Source: Gammaproteobacteria bacterium (lineage in GTDB: Bacteria; Pseudomonadota; Gammaproteobacteria; Eutrophobiales; Eutrophobiaceae). Taken from it: 64,000 nt of DNA. Shown here piece by piece: positions 32,058-42,404 of this stretch. The DNA is taken from the NCBI GenBank assembly GCA_965222155.1, contig CBDCTH010000004.1:192001-256000 (forward strand), read 5' to 3'. Under the pieces are notes generated by a model, which made no database searches, had not been told where the DNA came from, and saw only the letters and a program-made list of their open reading frames with translations. Within the stretch, counting starts at the first letter, position 1. The number at the start of each line of letters is the position of its first letter. A program made the position numbers and the translations under genes.

Positions 32058-32157
32058 GGGAACCTCTAATAATAGACATTTTTCGATACACAGGGTCGCT
32101 AACTTATTGAAATCATTGACCGCTAATATATCAATTTGTGAATAAATAGAGGTTCCC
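32058..32157. mobile_element. 100-bp MITE (IS5-like ends)
   Basis: TIR GGGAACCTCTA / TAGAGGTTCCC with TTAA on both flanks. Confidence 0.7.
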
Positions 32158-32874
32158 TTAATTTGACTACCCTCTTGTCCTGCTATTGTCTGATTCGGGC
32201 TAATTCGCCGGACTGGATGCCGGGGCCGCGAGGCAGAATCCGATCCAGGCATTCGTCACGCACGCGCCCGGCGGATGCAATCGGTGGCAGGCCGCGACGC
32301 GCACGCTACGCTTCTTCAATCTCCAATTTTCTACCCGTCTCAGTGCCTGACAATGGGCGGACAGGCCATAATGGACAGGTTATCACCGTACCGGCAGCAG
32401 TCATGGCCTGGCCGGGATACAGTCGCGCCGGGGGGATTTACCGGACGCTGCCATGCCGGAAAATCTGCCTGAAGAGCCACAACGTATAAGGTAACGAATG
32501 GTTATCCGGCGGCCCGGCGTTGGCGTCCAGTGAGCCGCATTCGGTGGTGTTCGCATCATGGGAAGACGCGCAAGACGAAGCACGCTGGCGGCTATGCGAT
32601 TGGCCGCGTGCGCGTGGTGATTATCGGAAAGCATGAATAGATGCTCAGCACGCTCGCGCTCGGAGATAAAGTCTGAGCGGCGGGTAGAGGGCTTTACTGT
32701 CCGCGCTGGGTGAGTTGAATTTTCGCGATGTCGTCGGATGTGATAGATGGATGCGCGGGGGGAAATGCCCCTTTTCTCTACTGGCGGTCTGGGAGGTCGT
32801 GTGTTACTGACTGTATTATCACGTGATCTCTATTACCCCCAACTTGAGGAGAAAATCATGAGTTTAGCAGCAGT

Positions 32875-32984
32875 TCCCGCTAACTCCCGTGAGCTGGGGC
32901 ATCCTGTCCTCGTGGAGGGCGAGACGCCCTCCCTCCCAGGGGAAATGCCCGTGACTCCTGGGGGACAGATTTAAATCTGTCCCC
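32875..32984 (+). repeat. Composite REP-like element family A, copy 1
   Basis: Nested GAGGGC/GCCCTC hairpins plus the perfect palindrome GGGGACAGATTTAAATCTGTCCCC. Confidence 0.85.
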
Positions 32985-33086
32985 TCCACACAAGAACAGT
33001 ATGCGGGGGACACTCAAGCAGGCCGGGTGGAGTGATACGAGACGGGCGGAGATTCTATCTGGACAGTCCTTATAACAGATATAAAA

Positions 33087-33362
33087 AAGTATGCGGTTGC
33101 CCTGGTCTCGTCATTCCGGCGCAGGCCGTCAAGAATAGAAAACCAGCTGTATAACTCAGTGCGTCATTCCGGCGCAGGCCGGAATCCAGTTAACAAACCA
33201 ACCTTCTACCATAAGGAACCGTCTTTTTCGACTGGATTTGCATCCTACGCTCCGTTGACGGCACATCCCCCTGCTTACAGCCTGCAGGGGCAGGCTATGT
33301 GCCACTACTCGGCCTGCGCCGGAATGACGATAACCCGGATTCTAAAGTATGCGTTCGCCCTG
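33087..33362. repeat. REP-like cluster (GTCATTCCGGCGCAGGCCG family)
   Basis: Two direct copies (33109, 33162) and one inverted copy (~33311-33329); flanked by AAGTATGCGKTSGCCCTG-like direct repeats. Confidence 0.75.
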
Positions 33363-33531
33363 ACCACGTTAATCTGCCCGGTATGGTTCAAATCCGGCGT
33401 GAGCGAGCGATAACCTACCCTATACAAGGGTAAACCATGGTTCATTGCTATGGAGTAAGGCACTACAAACAGACAGAATGCGCCTTGAATGCCCGTTTCA
33501 AATCTCTAACGCGGGATTGGGGTTTAGGAAT

Positions 33532-33548
33532 TGATTGCAATGCAATCA
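33532..33548. promoter_or_regulatory. Putative FitA operator
   Basis: TGATTGCAATGCAATCA palindrome upstream of the antitoxin. Confidence 0.7.
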
Positions 33549-33591
33549 TCATGTAGTATCTTGGATGTTTAATCTCGATAGAGGCATGGTT

Positions 33592-33837
33592 ATGGCAAGC
33601 ATCACAATTCGCAATCTGGATGATAAGGTAAAGACACGTCTGAGGATACGCGCAGCCGGACACGGGCGCTCGATGGAAGAGGAGGCTCGCCTCATACTGG
33701 CCGAGGTGGTCGAGCAGGAATTGGCGCCCGAGAAAGGATTCGGGACAGCGCTGCATGAACTCTTCAAACCTCTTGGCGGTGTTGAACTGAAGTTGCCGCC
33801 TCGCGAGCCGATGCGGGATCCACCCCCGTTTGAGTAG
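33592..33837 (+). CDS. FitA-like RHH antitoxin
   Basis: MASITIRNLDDKVKTRLRIRAAGHGRSMEEEARLIL. Confidence 0.92.
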   Translation: MASITIRNLDDKVKTRLRIRAAGHGRSMEEEARLILAEVVEQELAPEKGFGTALHELFKPLGGVELKLPPREPMRDPPPFE

Positions 33838-33844
33838 TTCGGCA

Positions 33845-34267
33845 ATGTTCATTCTTGATACCAATATCGTCTCAGAGGTGATGCGTAATATCCCAAGTCC
33901 GGAAGTTATGGCCTGGCTGGATGAGCGTCCCATACACGACTTATACGTGACCGCCGTGACTCAAGCAGAAATTCTCACCGGTATAGCATTCCTGCCTGAG
34001 GGTAGACGGCGAAGCGAACTTACCAAAGCAACCGAGCATGCTTTTAACAGTCTGTTTAATGGACGATTGCTACCTTTCGACAGTGCGGCCGCACATACTT
34101 ACGCAGAAATTGTTTCAGCCCGTCGCAGTGCCGGGCGACCGATATCTCAGTTTGACGGACAGATTGCTGCGATAGCACGGTCGAGAAATATGGCTGTCGC
34201 AACGCGCAATGTGGCGGATTACGGAGGTTGCAGCATCACTGTCATTAACCCATGGAGCGACAGATGA
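33845..34267 (+). CDS. VapC/FitB PIN-domain toxin
   Basis: ILDTNIVSE, DGQIAAIA, ATRNVADY, INPW. Confidence 0.93.
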   Translation: MFILDTNIVSEVMRNIPSPEVMAWLDERPIHDLYVTAVTQAEILTGIAFLPEGRRRSELTKATEHAFNSLFNGRLLPFDSAAAHTYAEIVSARRSAGRPISQFDGQIAAIARSRNMAVATRNVADYGGCSITVINPWSDR

Positions 34268-34440
34268 ATACTGCGGTTGTCAAGGATGCTGAAACCTGTA
34301 AAAAAATGACGGCATTGGCAGCGTATGCCGAAAGTGTACAAAGTATCAGGCAGGCCATACCCGAACAAGGACGGCCGCTGAAGGAATTCACCACTGAGTT
34401 TGAAGCCAGGAACGGTATTACTCGTTGAATTATGTTGTGG
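34264..34440 (+). pseudogene. Remnant: C-terminal half of a Phd/YefM-like antitoxin plus first codons of a toxin
   Basis: AVVKDAETCKKM...AESVQSIRQA..EQGRPL.EF; overlapping TTG-NYVV is cut off by the next element. Confidence 0.5.
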
Positions 34441-34444
34441 GTGT

Positions 34445-34791
34445 TGGGGTCGGACCTCTATAACTATTTGTTTTAATTCAATATATATTCCATTTTTGAC
34501 TATTTTTCCCGTTTAAAACACCTATTTTGCTGTCAAAAACGGAGTTTTAACAGTTCAACGCCCCCTAATAGTATGACCCGCTTGATAAATCGCGGTTTGC
34601 TCATGCAGTACTACGATGGGTGGTGTGGCGGATGGGATCCAGCAGAAGGAGATGATTGGCTCCGAGTGACTCCCCCTAACTTCCCGATTTACCCCATGAA
34701 AACCGCCGTTTAAGCGTATAATAGCGCATATCCCATGAGTTTTTTTCTTTATTATTAATAAGTTGTGTCAGATTTATCTGGTCTGACCCCA
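34445..34791. mobile_element. ~350-bp non-coding element with terminal inverted repeats (copy 2)
   Basis: TGGGGTCGGACC...GGTCTGACCCCA; similar to 4116-4415. Confidence 0.55.
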
Positions 34792-34887
34792 TTCATCCAT
34801 TCATCGTACTACTTCTTCGTACTACTTCTTGCCCTGTTTCTCACTTGTCGGTTATACTTTAAGGCACTAGACAATCGAGGAGAATCC

Positions 34888-35097
34888 GTGCAATTAACAG
34901 CTGTATTGACCCCGGCAACGGAAGGTGGCTTTATCGCCATGAATCCTGAAACCGGAACTCATACACAAGGCGATTCGGTTGAAGAAGCACTTGCCAACCT
35001 GCAAGAAGCAACCGAGCTTTATCTTGAAGAATTTCCTTTGGAGATCTGCGGCAAATCGCTGTTAACGACAATTGAGGTTATGGCTTATACCTCCTGA
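34888..35097 (+). CDS. hicB: HicB-like antitoxin (short form)
   Basis: RBS GAGGAG plus GTG; TQGDSVEEALANLQEATELYLE. Confidence 0.88.
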   Translation: MQLTAVLTPATEGGFIAMNPETGTHTQGDSVEEALANLQEATELYLEEFPLEICGKSLLTTIEVMAYTS

Positions 35098-35311
35098 TTT
35101 ACCCCACCTCTCCGGCAAAGAAACCGTCCGAATTCTCAAAAAGCTTGGATTTGTCGTTGTTCGTCAGCGGGGCAGCCATATTATCATGCGCTGCGGGTCA
35201 ACAGGTTGTGTAGTCCCTAATCATCGAGAGATAAAAGTTGGAACTTTAGCAGGTATTCTTAAACAGGCAGGTGTTACAAGAGAAGATTTTTTAGCGGCCC
35301 ACTTCAAGTAG
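35072..35311 (+). CDS. hicA: HicA toxin (start codon doubtful)
   Basis: LSGKETVRILKKLGFVVVRQRGSH...VVPNH.EIKVGTLAGILKQAG. Confidence 0.85.
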   Translation: MRLWLIPPDLPHLSGKETVRILKKLGFVVVRQRGSHIIMRCGSTGCVVPNHREIKVGTLAGILKQAGVTREDFLAAHFK

Positions 35312-38121
35312 CGAGCACATCTTCTCATAAAGCATGAACAGGTGCTCGACACGTTCGCGTTCAGAGGCGAACCCTGAACGACGATAGAGCCGGTCCACAG
35401 CGCGGTCGAGAGCTTGGTGCGCCCGGCGCAGGTTGGGTGGCATGAGGTCAGGGTCGTAAAGTTCGGCCAGTGTTGCGTTTGAGTGGACAGCGCGGGTGTC
35501 TAGCACGGCTTGTGCAAGCGGCTCCAACTTCGATAGGTCTGCGCTTCCCTTCCCAAATCCGGGTGGTGTTGGGAAGGTGTTGTAGACGAGACCGATGGAG
35601 TAGCGGTAGTCGCTCTTGAGCCGCCCGCCGATATGGCGCAGCCAGGCCATGTGCATGGCCGAGGTCAACAACGCGAAATCGGACAGGGTGGCGTTTTCCA
35701 GAACGTGGACGAGGTTGCTAGGAATGGTGGGCGGCTCCAGCCACCCAATAGGCGTATACTCGCGCCGCTCCGAACTGACCCCGGGAACGATCAGAAAAGG
35801 CGCGGTGGGAAGAACATTTACATGGTAGAGTGTTGGTGTTGCCGCCAGCTTTTGCGTGGAGGCGCTCTGGCTGGCTTCCCGGTACGAACGGACCGCGGCG
35901 ATACGTTCCCGCACACGCGGCATCCGCACTAGAGCGTCCGGCGGTGCGTCATGCATGGCGAGTATCCAGCGCTCGCCGCCTTGCAGATATTCGCGGGCGC
36001 CGACAAACGGGTGCAGGTATGGCGCGGCATCTGCTTCAGTTTCCAGAAACGCTGTTCGCTCTTTCGGGCTGAAAATGAAATACCCGCCGTCTATGGGTTT
36101 GGAACCGATAATCAGCTTCCCCATCCCGTTGATCGGCCTGCTTTCCTCACGCACCGTCAGGTGTGGGTCTATAAGCCCGCCAGCATCGAACAGGTAAGGC
36201 GAGAGAATGGCATGACTGGTTTCCTCCGGCGCGCCGTTGATGTCAGGATAGCTGAACAGTCGCCTGTTTGCCTTTGCATTTTCCTGTTTGTCCAGACCGA
36301 TAATTACGACGTGGACATGAGCCTTGCCCCGCGCATCCGACCCCCAGGCAAAGGTACGATGCGCAAAGGCAATCTCCAGCTTGCAACGGTCGTACAGGAT
36401 AGGCCAGAGTTGTCCCACTTGCTCACCCTGGGTGAATGAATTGGTTGAAACAAAGCCAATATGGGCTTTACTCGTCTGAACATACTCTCCTGCCTTGATA
36501 AACCAAGCGGTCACGTAGTCAAGCGTGCCGCCGGTTTTTCCCAGTGCCGCGATCTTCCGCACCTGCGCGCGCTGCTCCGGTGAGCACGACGAGAGGGTTT
36601 CCCTGGCGTCGAGGCGATCTTCCGCACCTGCGCGCGCTGCTCCGGTGTCTGGAACTTGGCTCCTACGAAGGGCGGATTGCCGAACACGAAGGAACACTCT
36701 TGCGCCGGCAGCAATTCCTCCCAATCGATCTCCAACGCGTCGCCGTGGACGATATGCGGCGCCGTCTGTAACGGGATGCGTGCGTAAATCTGGCCGAACT
36801 CCAGACTGAGCCGGTTGTTCATGATGTGGTCCATCATCCACAGCGCGGTTTCCGCAATGCGAACCGGAAATTCATTCAACTCAATACCATAGAACTGGTC
36901 GACGTCAATTTGTGACAGGTCTTGTGCCAGGGCGTCCGTTTGTCCGCTCTGGTGGATTTCCTTCAGCACCTCCATTTCCAGTGTACGCAATTCCCGGTAG
37001 GCGATGATGAGGAAGTTGCCGCAGCCGCAGGCCGGATCAAAGAAACACATCTGTCCCAGTTTTTTCTGGAACCGTTGAAGTTCGGAGAGACGGCGACTGT
37101 CTTTGCGTGATTCCAGACGAGCAAACTCGGCCCGCAGGTCGTCCATGAACAGCGGCTCAATCACTTTCAGGATGTTCTTCTCGGTCGTATAGTGCGCGCC
37201 TTGCGCACGGCGTTGTTTCGGCTCCATGATTGACTGGAACAGGGCGCCAAAGATGGCGGGTGAAATGTTTGACCAGTCGAAGTGGCAGGCATCAAGCAGC
37301 GCCCTGCGCATGGCCGCATCAAAGGCGGGAATACGTAACGGCCCGTCGAACAGGTCGCCGTTGATATAGGGAAACCGGATCAGGTCTTCGTCGCGGGTTT
37401 GCTGGCGTTCGTCTTCGGGCGTGTCAAGCACCTGGAACAGTTCTATGAGCCGGGCGCCGGTATCCGAACCATCTTCTCCTGTACGGGTTTCGAGAAAGTC
37501 GAGGAAGATATCGCGCGGCTCGAAGATGCCGGTATCATCGGCGAACAGGCAGAAGACGATTCGTACCAGGAAACGTTCCAGGTCGTGGCCGCGGTAACCG
37601 GACTCGTAGAGTGCATCATGTAACCGCCCAACCAGTTCGGCAGCCCGGATATTCACCGGGTCCTGGTCGCGGAAGGTGCGGCGCTGCACGCCGAGGATGA
37701 AGCCAAATGCTTCCACGTGTTCAGGCAGGTCATTGAGTGGAAAGGCGACAGTCTTTCGCTCATCCAGGTCATGCAGCTCGAAACTCTGAAAGTCGCTGAC
37801 CAGGATGTAACGTGGTCGCTCACTCTCTTTCACGGCGTCGAAGTATTCACCGGCCTGGTCGTAAGCGTCAGCGAGATCGCGACCTGCGCTCTTCTGCTCG
37901 ACGAGCAACACCCCCGGCCAGAACAGGTCGATAAATCCCGAGTGGTTGTCCAGCTTTTTCACGTGCTGTTCGTAGCGCGCGACCGAGCGACGCTTGACCC
38001 CGAATATCTCAAAGAAGTCGTTATAGAAGCTCTGGGTATCACTACGCTCGCGCACCGTGTTCCACCACTCTCGCCCAAAGGCGGCGGCGCGTACACGAAC
38101 TTCATTCCAGGAAAGGCGCAT
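35291..38121 (-). pseudogene. MmeI-like type IIL restriction-methyltransferase, frameshifted by a 65-bp insertion
   Basis: IDLFWPGVLLVEQKS nuclease motif, GAHYT, DPACGCGNF, GNPPF, GGRLKSDYRYS; removing 65 bp gives 921 codons. Confidence 0.93.
36549..36647. repeat. 34-bp perfect direct repeat flanking a 31-bp unique insert
   Basis: GCGATCTTCCGCACCTGCGCGCGCTGCTCCGGTG at 36549-36582 and 36614-36647. Confidence 0.95.
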
Positions 38122-38149
38122 CAGTTTTCACCACTCGATGGGCGTTGAT

Positions 38150-38711
38150 TATACCAGTTATGCCCAAGCGCCAGGACGCTCCGCGTCAAGTCGCTTTTAC
38201 GCCTTCATTGAAACCTACAATGGTCATGATCTTGGTTATCTCCTCATTGAGCAGGGCTTAGCCCGGATTTCGCATCAAGCGCAGTCTGTAATGACGGGAT
38301 ATTGAGAATATTACCATAACTTATTGACAGCACATTGACGTTTCCGATAGAAGCTAGCGACCTGGTGAGAAATCCGGGTTAGCCAGGATACATGGTAAAA
38401 CCCGCCCGAGTCCCGATGGAACACCAAGCCATACTGTACTCGAACACCTACAGGATCTTCGTACCGTGGCCCTGTTAAACCGTGCCGGGATATGGCAGTC
38501 AACTCAACCCCGCATCTTAGCTGAAATGCGCAGCCGTCAGCGAGAGGATGCTCGAAAGCTCAAGGAATTCCGCCAAAGCGTGGTGAAAGTGCGCACTCGC
38601 GCTGACCAGCCTCTCAACCTGAACAGTGCATCGAACAAAGAGCTTCAGCGAATCCCCGGTATCGGCCCGAAAACGGTAGAGGCTATCACGCCTTACGTTA
38701 CGATAAGGTAA
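38150..38711 (+). pseudogene. Thermonuclease-like plus ComEA HhH protein remnant, MITE-interrupted
   Basis: RFYAFI..DLGYLLIEQGLARIHG...AGIW...LNLNSASNKELQRIPGIGPKT reads through once the MITE is removed. Confidence 0.7.
38262..38378. mobile_element. 117-bp MITE with IS1380-like ends
   Basis: CCCGGATTTCGCA...TGAGAAATCCGGG with TTAG duplicated. Confidence 0.8.
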
Positions 38712-38810
38712 CTTCTCAATAACCTCGTGCATAAGGTATATTGCGCACCCCGAGAGCTGAAGGCGCCGGGTTATTCAGAAGTGACGGCGATACCATTTAT
38801 TATTCATTGC

Positions 38811-38863
38811 CCGGAACGAGGGCATCTTGCCCTCGTCGAGGGCGGGACGCCCTCGCTCCCAGG
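38811..38863 (+). repeat. Partial REP-like family A copy
   Basis: GAGGGCATCTTGCCCTCGTCGAGGGCGGGACGCCCTCGCTCCCAG. Confidence 0.75.
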
Positions 38864-39003
38864 TAAATGTATGGGGTTATTGAGAAGTTACACGATAAGG
38901 ACTGAATAATCACTGTCCCCGAAGACCGGAGCTGGCTATATATCAGCAACATTCGGTGGGAAATCCGGGTTAATACTGTAAAATTAAGTTCGAGGCAACG
39001 TAA

Positions 39004-39204
39004 ATGAATACTACAAAAGATATTGAGAAAGCCGTTGTATTGTTGTCAAAATCGGAATTAACCAGATTTCGTATCTGGTTCACCGAGTTTGATTCGGAGA
39101 ATTGGGACATGCAAATAGAGACTGACGTAGACTGCGGTCACCTTGAAAAGTTAGGGCAAGCCGCATTGAAAGCACACAGCGACAAAAAGACGATAGAAAT
39201 TTGA
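39004..39204 (+). CDS. Small putative antitoxin
   Basis: IEKAV..LS..EL.RFR.WF.EFD...WD.QIE.D; overlaps the toxin start. Confidence 0.75.
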   Translation: MNTTKDIEKAVVLLSKSELTRFRIWFTEFDSENWDMQIETDVDCGHLEKLGQAALKAHSDKKTIEI

Positions 39205-39455
39205 GACATTACGCGACCCCCGGGTTTTGGGAAATTTTTGATAAATTGCCTGGGCACGTGCAAGATACTGCCCGAAAGAACTATACCTTGTTAAAAGAAA
39301 ATCCGCGACACAACTCTTTACGATTCAAAAAAATAAAGAACTTCCGCTCTGTCAGGGTTGGTTTAAATTACAGAGCACTCGGCATCGAATCAAACTCGGA
39401 TATAGTTTGGTTTTGGATAGGAAGTCATGCCGATTATGATAAGCTCATCAGTTGA
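39201..39455 (+). CDS. ParE/RelE-like toxin
   Basis: NPRHNSLRFKK, SVRVGLNYRALG, VWFWIGSHADYD. Confidence 0.85.
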   Translation: MRHYATPGFWEIFDKLPGHVQDTARKNYTLLKENPRHNSLRFKKIKNFRSVRVGLNYRALGIESNSDIVWFWIGSHADYDKLIS

Positions 39456-39749
39456 CGAAACGTTAAAAACTTTGCCGCGCTGTTCCTTAAATTACACTTT
39501 CATTATGGCCAGACAATAACTACAACACGCTTAAAAAATAATGCTTTCGATGAGCAATTGGAGAGTTTTCTGCCCGCGAACTTTGACAAAGAAAAAGAAC
39601 AAATAGTGAAAACAGGTATCAGAGATGGGGAAAATTATGTTGGATTTGATACTCAGGGAGAGTGTTGACAGGCGATGATCTGCATACTATTGTGCTACTG
39701 CCTGGTAACTACCAGGCACTACTTGGAATAGATGGATATGGAGAGAATC

Positions 39750-39920
39750 ATGAACTACGAACTCATTACCATAATCACTACTATTGTGCTGGCTTGGGGG
39801 TCGTTGGCTTGGTCTATATGGTCAAGCCACAAGGACATTCACAAAGACATCGGTGAGTTAAGAGAACGTATGGCCCGCCTGCAGGGTATGTTTGAGGGAT
39901 TCACCGGCAGGCCGCAGTAG
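39750..39920 (+). CDS. Small TM/coiled-coil hypothetical protein
   Basis: RBS GGAGAG; TM helix then IGELRERMARLQGMFEG. Confidence 0.6.
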   Translation: MNYELITIITTIVLAWGSLAWSIWSSHKDIHKDIGELRERMARLQGMFEGFTGRPQ

Positions 39921-39958
39921 TTACACCGGACTGGAATGGCCTTGACCTGACAGGAAGA

Positions 39959-41326
39959 TCAGGCGCCCTCGATATCAAAATCATCCAGTTTGACCTCGCG
40001 CATGGTGGCCCGGTGGTATTTATCCTCCCGGGGTAACGGTACGGTGGCATCGATACCCAGCCGCGTCCACTTGTCGTTCTCCACCATGGGGTTCAGGCGG
40101 TGGCCGATGGAGTCGGGGATGGGCAACAAGTCCCGGTCGAAGCGGCAGCGGGTCTGTACCGCCCAGTCCACATCCGCCAGGCTGAAGATGTCCACGTCCG
40201 TATCCACCACGGTGACCGTTTTCACAAAAGCGAGAGAAACAAAAGCGGCCATGATGGCGTTGCGCTGGCTACCCTCGTGCTTCTTGTCAATCTGCACCAC
40301 CAGGTGGTAGGGCACGCTGCCGTCGGAGAAATGTACCGCCGTCACCTCCGGCACCAGGCTGTGAATTTTATCGTAAGCCCCGGCGCCGGCGATGAGGCCG
40401 TAGGCGTTGTAGACTTCCTTGCCGGAAAGGATGGAATGGAAGATCGGTTGCCGGCGCCGGGTGATAGCGGAGACTTCGAACACCCAGCGGTCATCGACGC
40501 CGGCGTAGTAGCCCGTCACCTCTGCGTAAGGGCCTTCCGGTTCCCTGACATTGGGTAGTATTTTCCCTTCAATGACGAACTGGGCATCGGCCCAGGCCTC
40601 CACCCCCACGGTCTGCGCCTGGATTAACCTGACCGGCGCGCCGTGCATCTGGCAGGCAATACCGATTTCATCCATCTCCATCGGCGCTGCGGAGGCCGGC
40701 GCTGCGGCCGCCATGCTCATGGCATAGTCCGCCCCGTTGTTGACGGTGAGTTCCAGGGGCTGTCCCCTGGCCTCGGCCCGTTTGAAATAGTCCATTAAAT
40801 GGCCCAGTTCCTCCAGCAACAGGGTAAAGCGGTTTTTCCCCGTCACCATCATGCGATGGATGGACAGGTTGCGCACCCCCGTGTCAGGGTCTTTGGCGAT
40901 GACGACACTGGAAGTCAGGTAAGAGCCGCCGTCTCCTTCGGCATGGTGCGGTATCGGCAAGGTGTAAAGGTCAGGGTCGGTCTCGACTACCTCATTGGCC
41001 GGGCCTTGTTTTATCACCACGGGCTCGATGGGGTTTCGGCGCCAGGCGCGGATATCGTCGGCCAGCGCGAACGGCAGCCGGGCGCTGGTGGTTTGAAAAA
41101 ACTTCGCCAGAAAGTCGCGGTTCCAGTACAGGCCGATCAGCACCGGATACTCCCGGCCCTTGACGTTCTCGAACAACACGGCTTTGCCGCCCTCGAATTT
41201 ACGGGCAATCCCGGCCAGTTCAAAGTCGGGGTCGACTGCGCTCTTCACCCGGATTAAATGGTTGTGCCGCTGCAGGAATTCAACATAGGATTGCAGGTCG
41301 ATAAGCTTGCGTTTCGCCAGGTCCAT
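39959..41326 (-). CDS. UbiD family (prFMN) decarboxylase
   Basis: KDPDTG.RNLSIHR, EGPYAEVTGYY, VVDTDVDIF...V.WA..TR, GIDAT. Confidence 0.93.
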   Translation of the reverse strand: MDLAKRKLIDLQSYVEFLQRHNHLIRVKSAVDPDFELAGIARKFEGGKAVLFENVKGREYPVLIGLYWNRDFLAKFFQTTSARLPFALADDIRAWRRNPIEPVVIKQGPANEVVETDPDLYTLPIPHHAEGDGGSYLTSSVVIAKDPDTGVRNLSIHRMMVTGKNRFTLLLEELGHLMDYFKRAEARGQPLELTVNNGADYAMSMAAAAPASAAPMEMDEIGIACQMHGAPVRLIQAQTVGVEAWADAQFVIEGKILPNVREPEGPYAEVTGYYAGVDDRWVFEVSAITRRRQPIFHSILSGKEVYNAYGLIAGAGAYDKIHSLVPEVTAVHFSDGSVPYHLVVQIDKKHEGSQRNAIMAAFVSLAFVKTVTVVDTDVDIFSLADVDWAVQTRCRFDRDLLPIPDSIGHRLNPMVENDKWTRLGIDATVPLPREDKYHRATMREVKLDDFDIEGA

Positions 41327-41451
41327 GATTGTTCTCAGTAAAGTTTCAGTTCATATCAATATTGCCGGTCATCAGTTCGCCCGTCAACCTTACATTCCGG
41401 GGTCAAGTGCTCGTCGCCCGCAACGAGCGCAGAATGCCCCGGGGCCGCGCC

Positions 41452-41979
41452 TTACAATCCCATGTACTTCGACTTCAGGCGCACGTAATATTCCGCGGCA
41501 AAGTCCAGGTAGGCCAGTTCTTCGTTTGTCAGCTTACGCACCTGGCGCGCCGGCGTCCCTACGTAGAGGTAACCGCTTTCAAGCACCTTCCCCGGTGACA
41601 CCAGGCTGCCGGCCCCGACGATCGTATCGGATTCGACCACGGCCTTGTCCAGGATAATCGAAGACATGCCGATTAAGCAGCGGTCCTTGATGGTACAGCC
41701 GTGCAGCATGACCTTGTGACCAACGGTCACGTTATCACCGACGCGCAACGGGTCGCCGCCGGGATTATGTTCATCATCATGGTTGACGTGCAGCACCGAT
41801 CCGTCCTGTATGCTGGTCCGGTTGCCGATGGTGATGGTGTTGACATCCCCCCGGATCACCGTCGTGGGCCAGACCGAGGAGTCTTCTCCTATCCTGACGT
41901 TGCCGATGACGACGGCCGTCTCATCGATAAAGGTGGATGCTGCAATGGCAGGTGTGATACCCTCAAACGTTCTGATCAT
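41452..41979 (-). CDS. Gamma-carbonic anhydrase family (YrdA-like)
   Basis: IRGDVN, IQDGSVLH, VTVGHKVMLHGC; hexapeptide repeats. Confidence 0.92.
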   Translation of the reverse strand: MIRTFEGITPAIAASTFIDETAVVIGNVRIGEDSSVWPTTVIRGDVNTITIGNRTSIQDGSVLHVNHDDEHNPGGDPLRVGDNVTVGHKVMLHGCTIKDRCLIGMSSIILDKAVVESDTIVGAGSLVSPGKVLESGYLYVGTPARQVRKLTNEELAYLDFAAEYYVRLKSKYMGL

Positions 41980-42404
41980 TATAATTTTCTGATTGTTATT
42001 GAAACTGCCGGTCACGTCCCTGACCGGGGTGTGATTACCGATCATATTAACATGCCTGACAGCTTGTATAGTCATACTCTGTTTATCGCCGCTGCGGTTT
42101 TTATAAGCTGCCGGTTGCTCATACCGGTCACGGGCCTGACGCTTGACGAAATGACGGCAGCGCCGTCCTTTACCCATAATACTGAGGGTGAGTGGTTGAA
42201 TTCCGCGCCACGATTTTTCCTACTGGTGCGCTCTGGGTAACCATTACTGGCCGTCATTCCATGTTTTTGACAAGCAAGGCAGGCTGCGCGCAACATTTTA
42301 TGGTGAGACCCACGAGGGAGACCGGCAGGCCAGGAATATTGAGGCAATCATCCAGGATCTGCTGACCGAGTCCTGACCCGAATTTCTCAAGAATAATAAC
42401 CCCC

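Noticed and set aside
33109-33181. 20-bp repeat + 33-bp spacer + repeat as a mini CRISPR
   Set aside because: The repeat is a GTCATTCCGGCGCAGGCCG REP-type sequence with an inverted partner nearby.
31920-33500. ORF-track ORFs in the 31.9-33.5 kb interval
   Set aside because: No recognisable motifs; several are read through repeats. Treated as decayed or non-coding.
35291-36841. 516-aa ORF as a separate specificity subunit
   Set aside because: Its N-terminus is out-of-frame sequence; it is the distal half of the frameshifted MmeI-like gene.
39460-39670. AT-rich open frame after the ParE-like toxin
   Set aside because: No clear start or recognisable family; probably a gene remnant that cannot be assigned.
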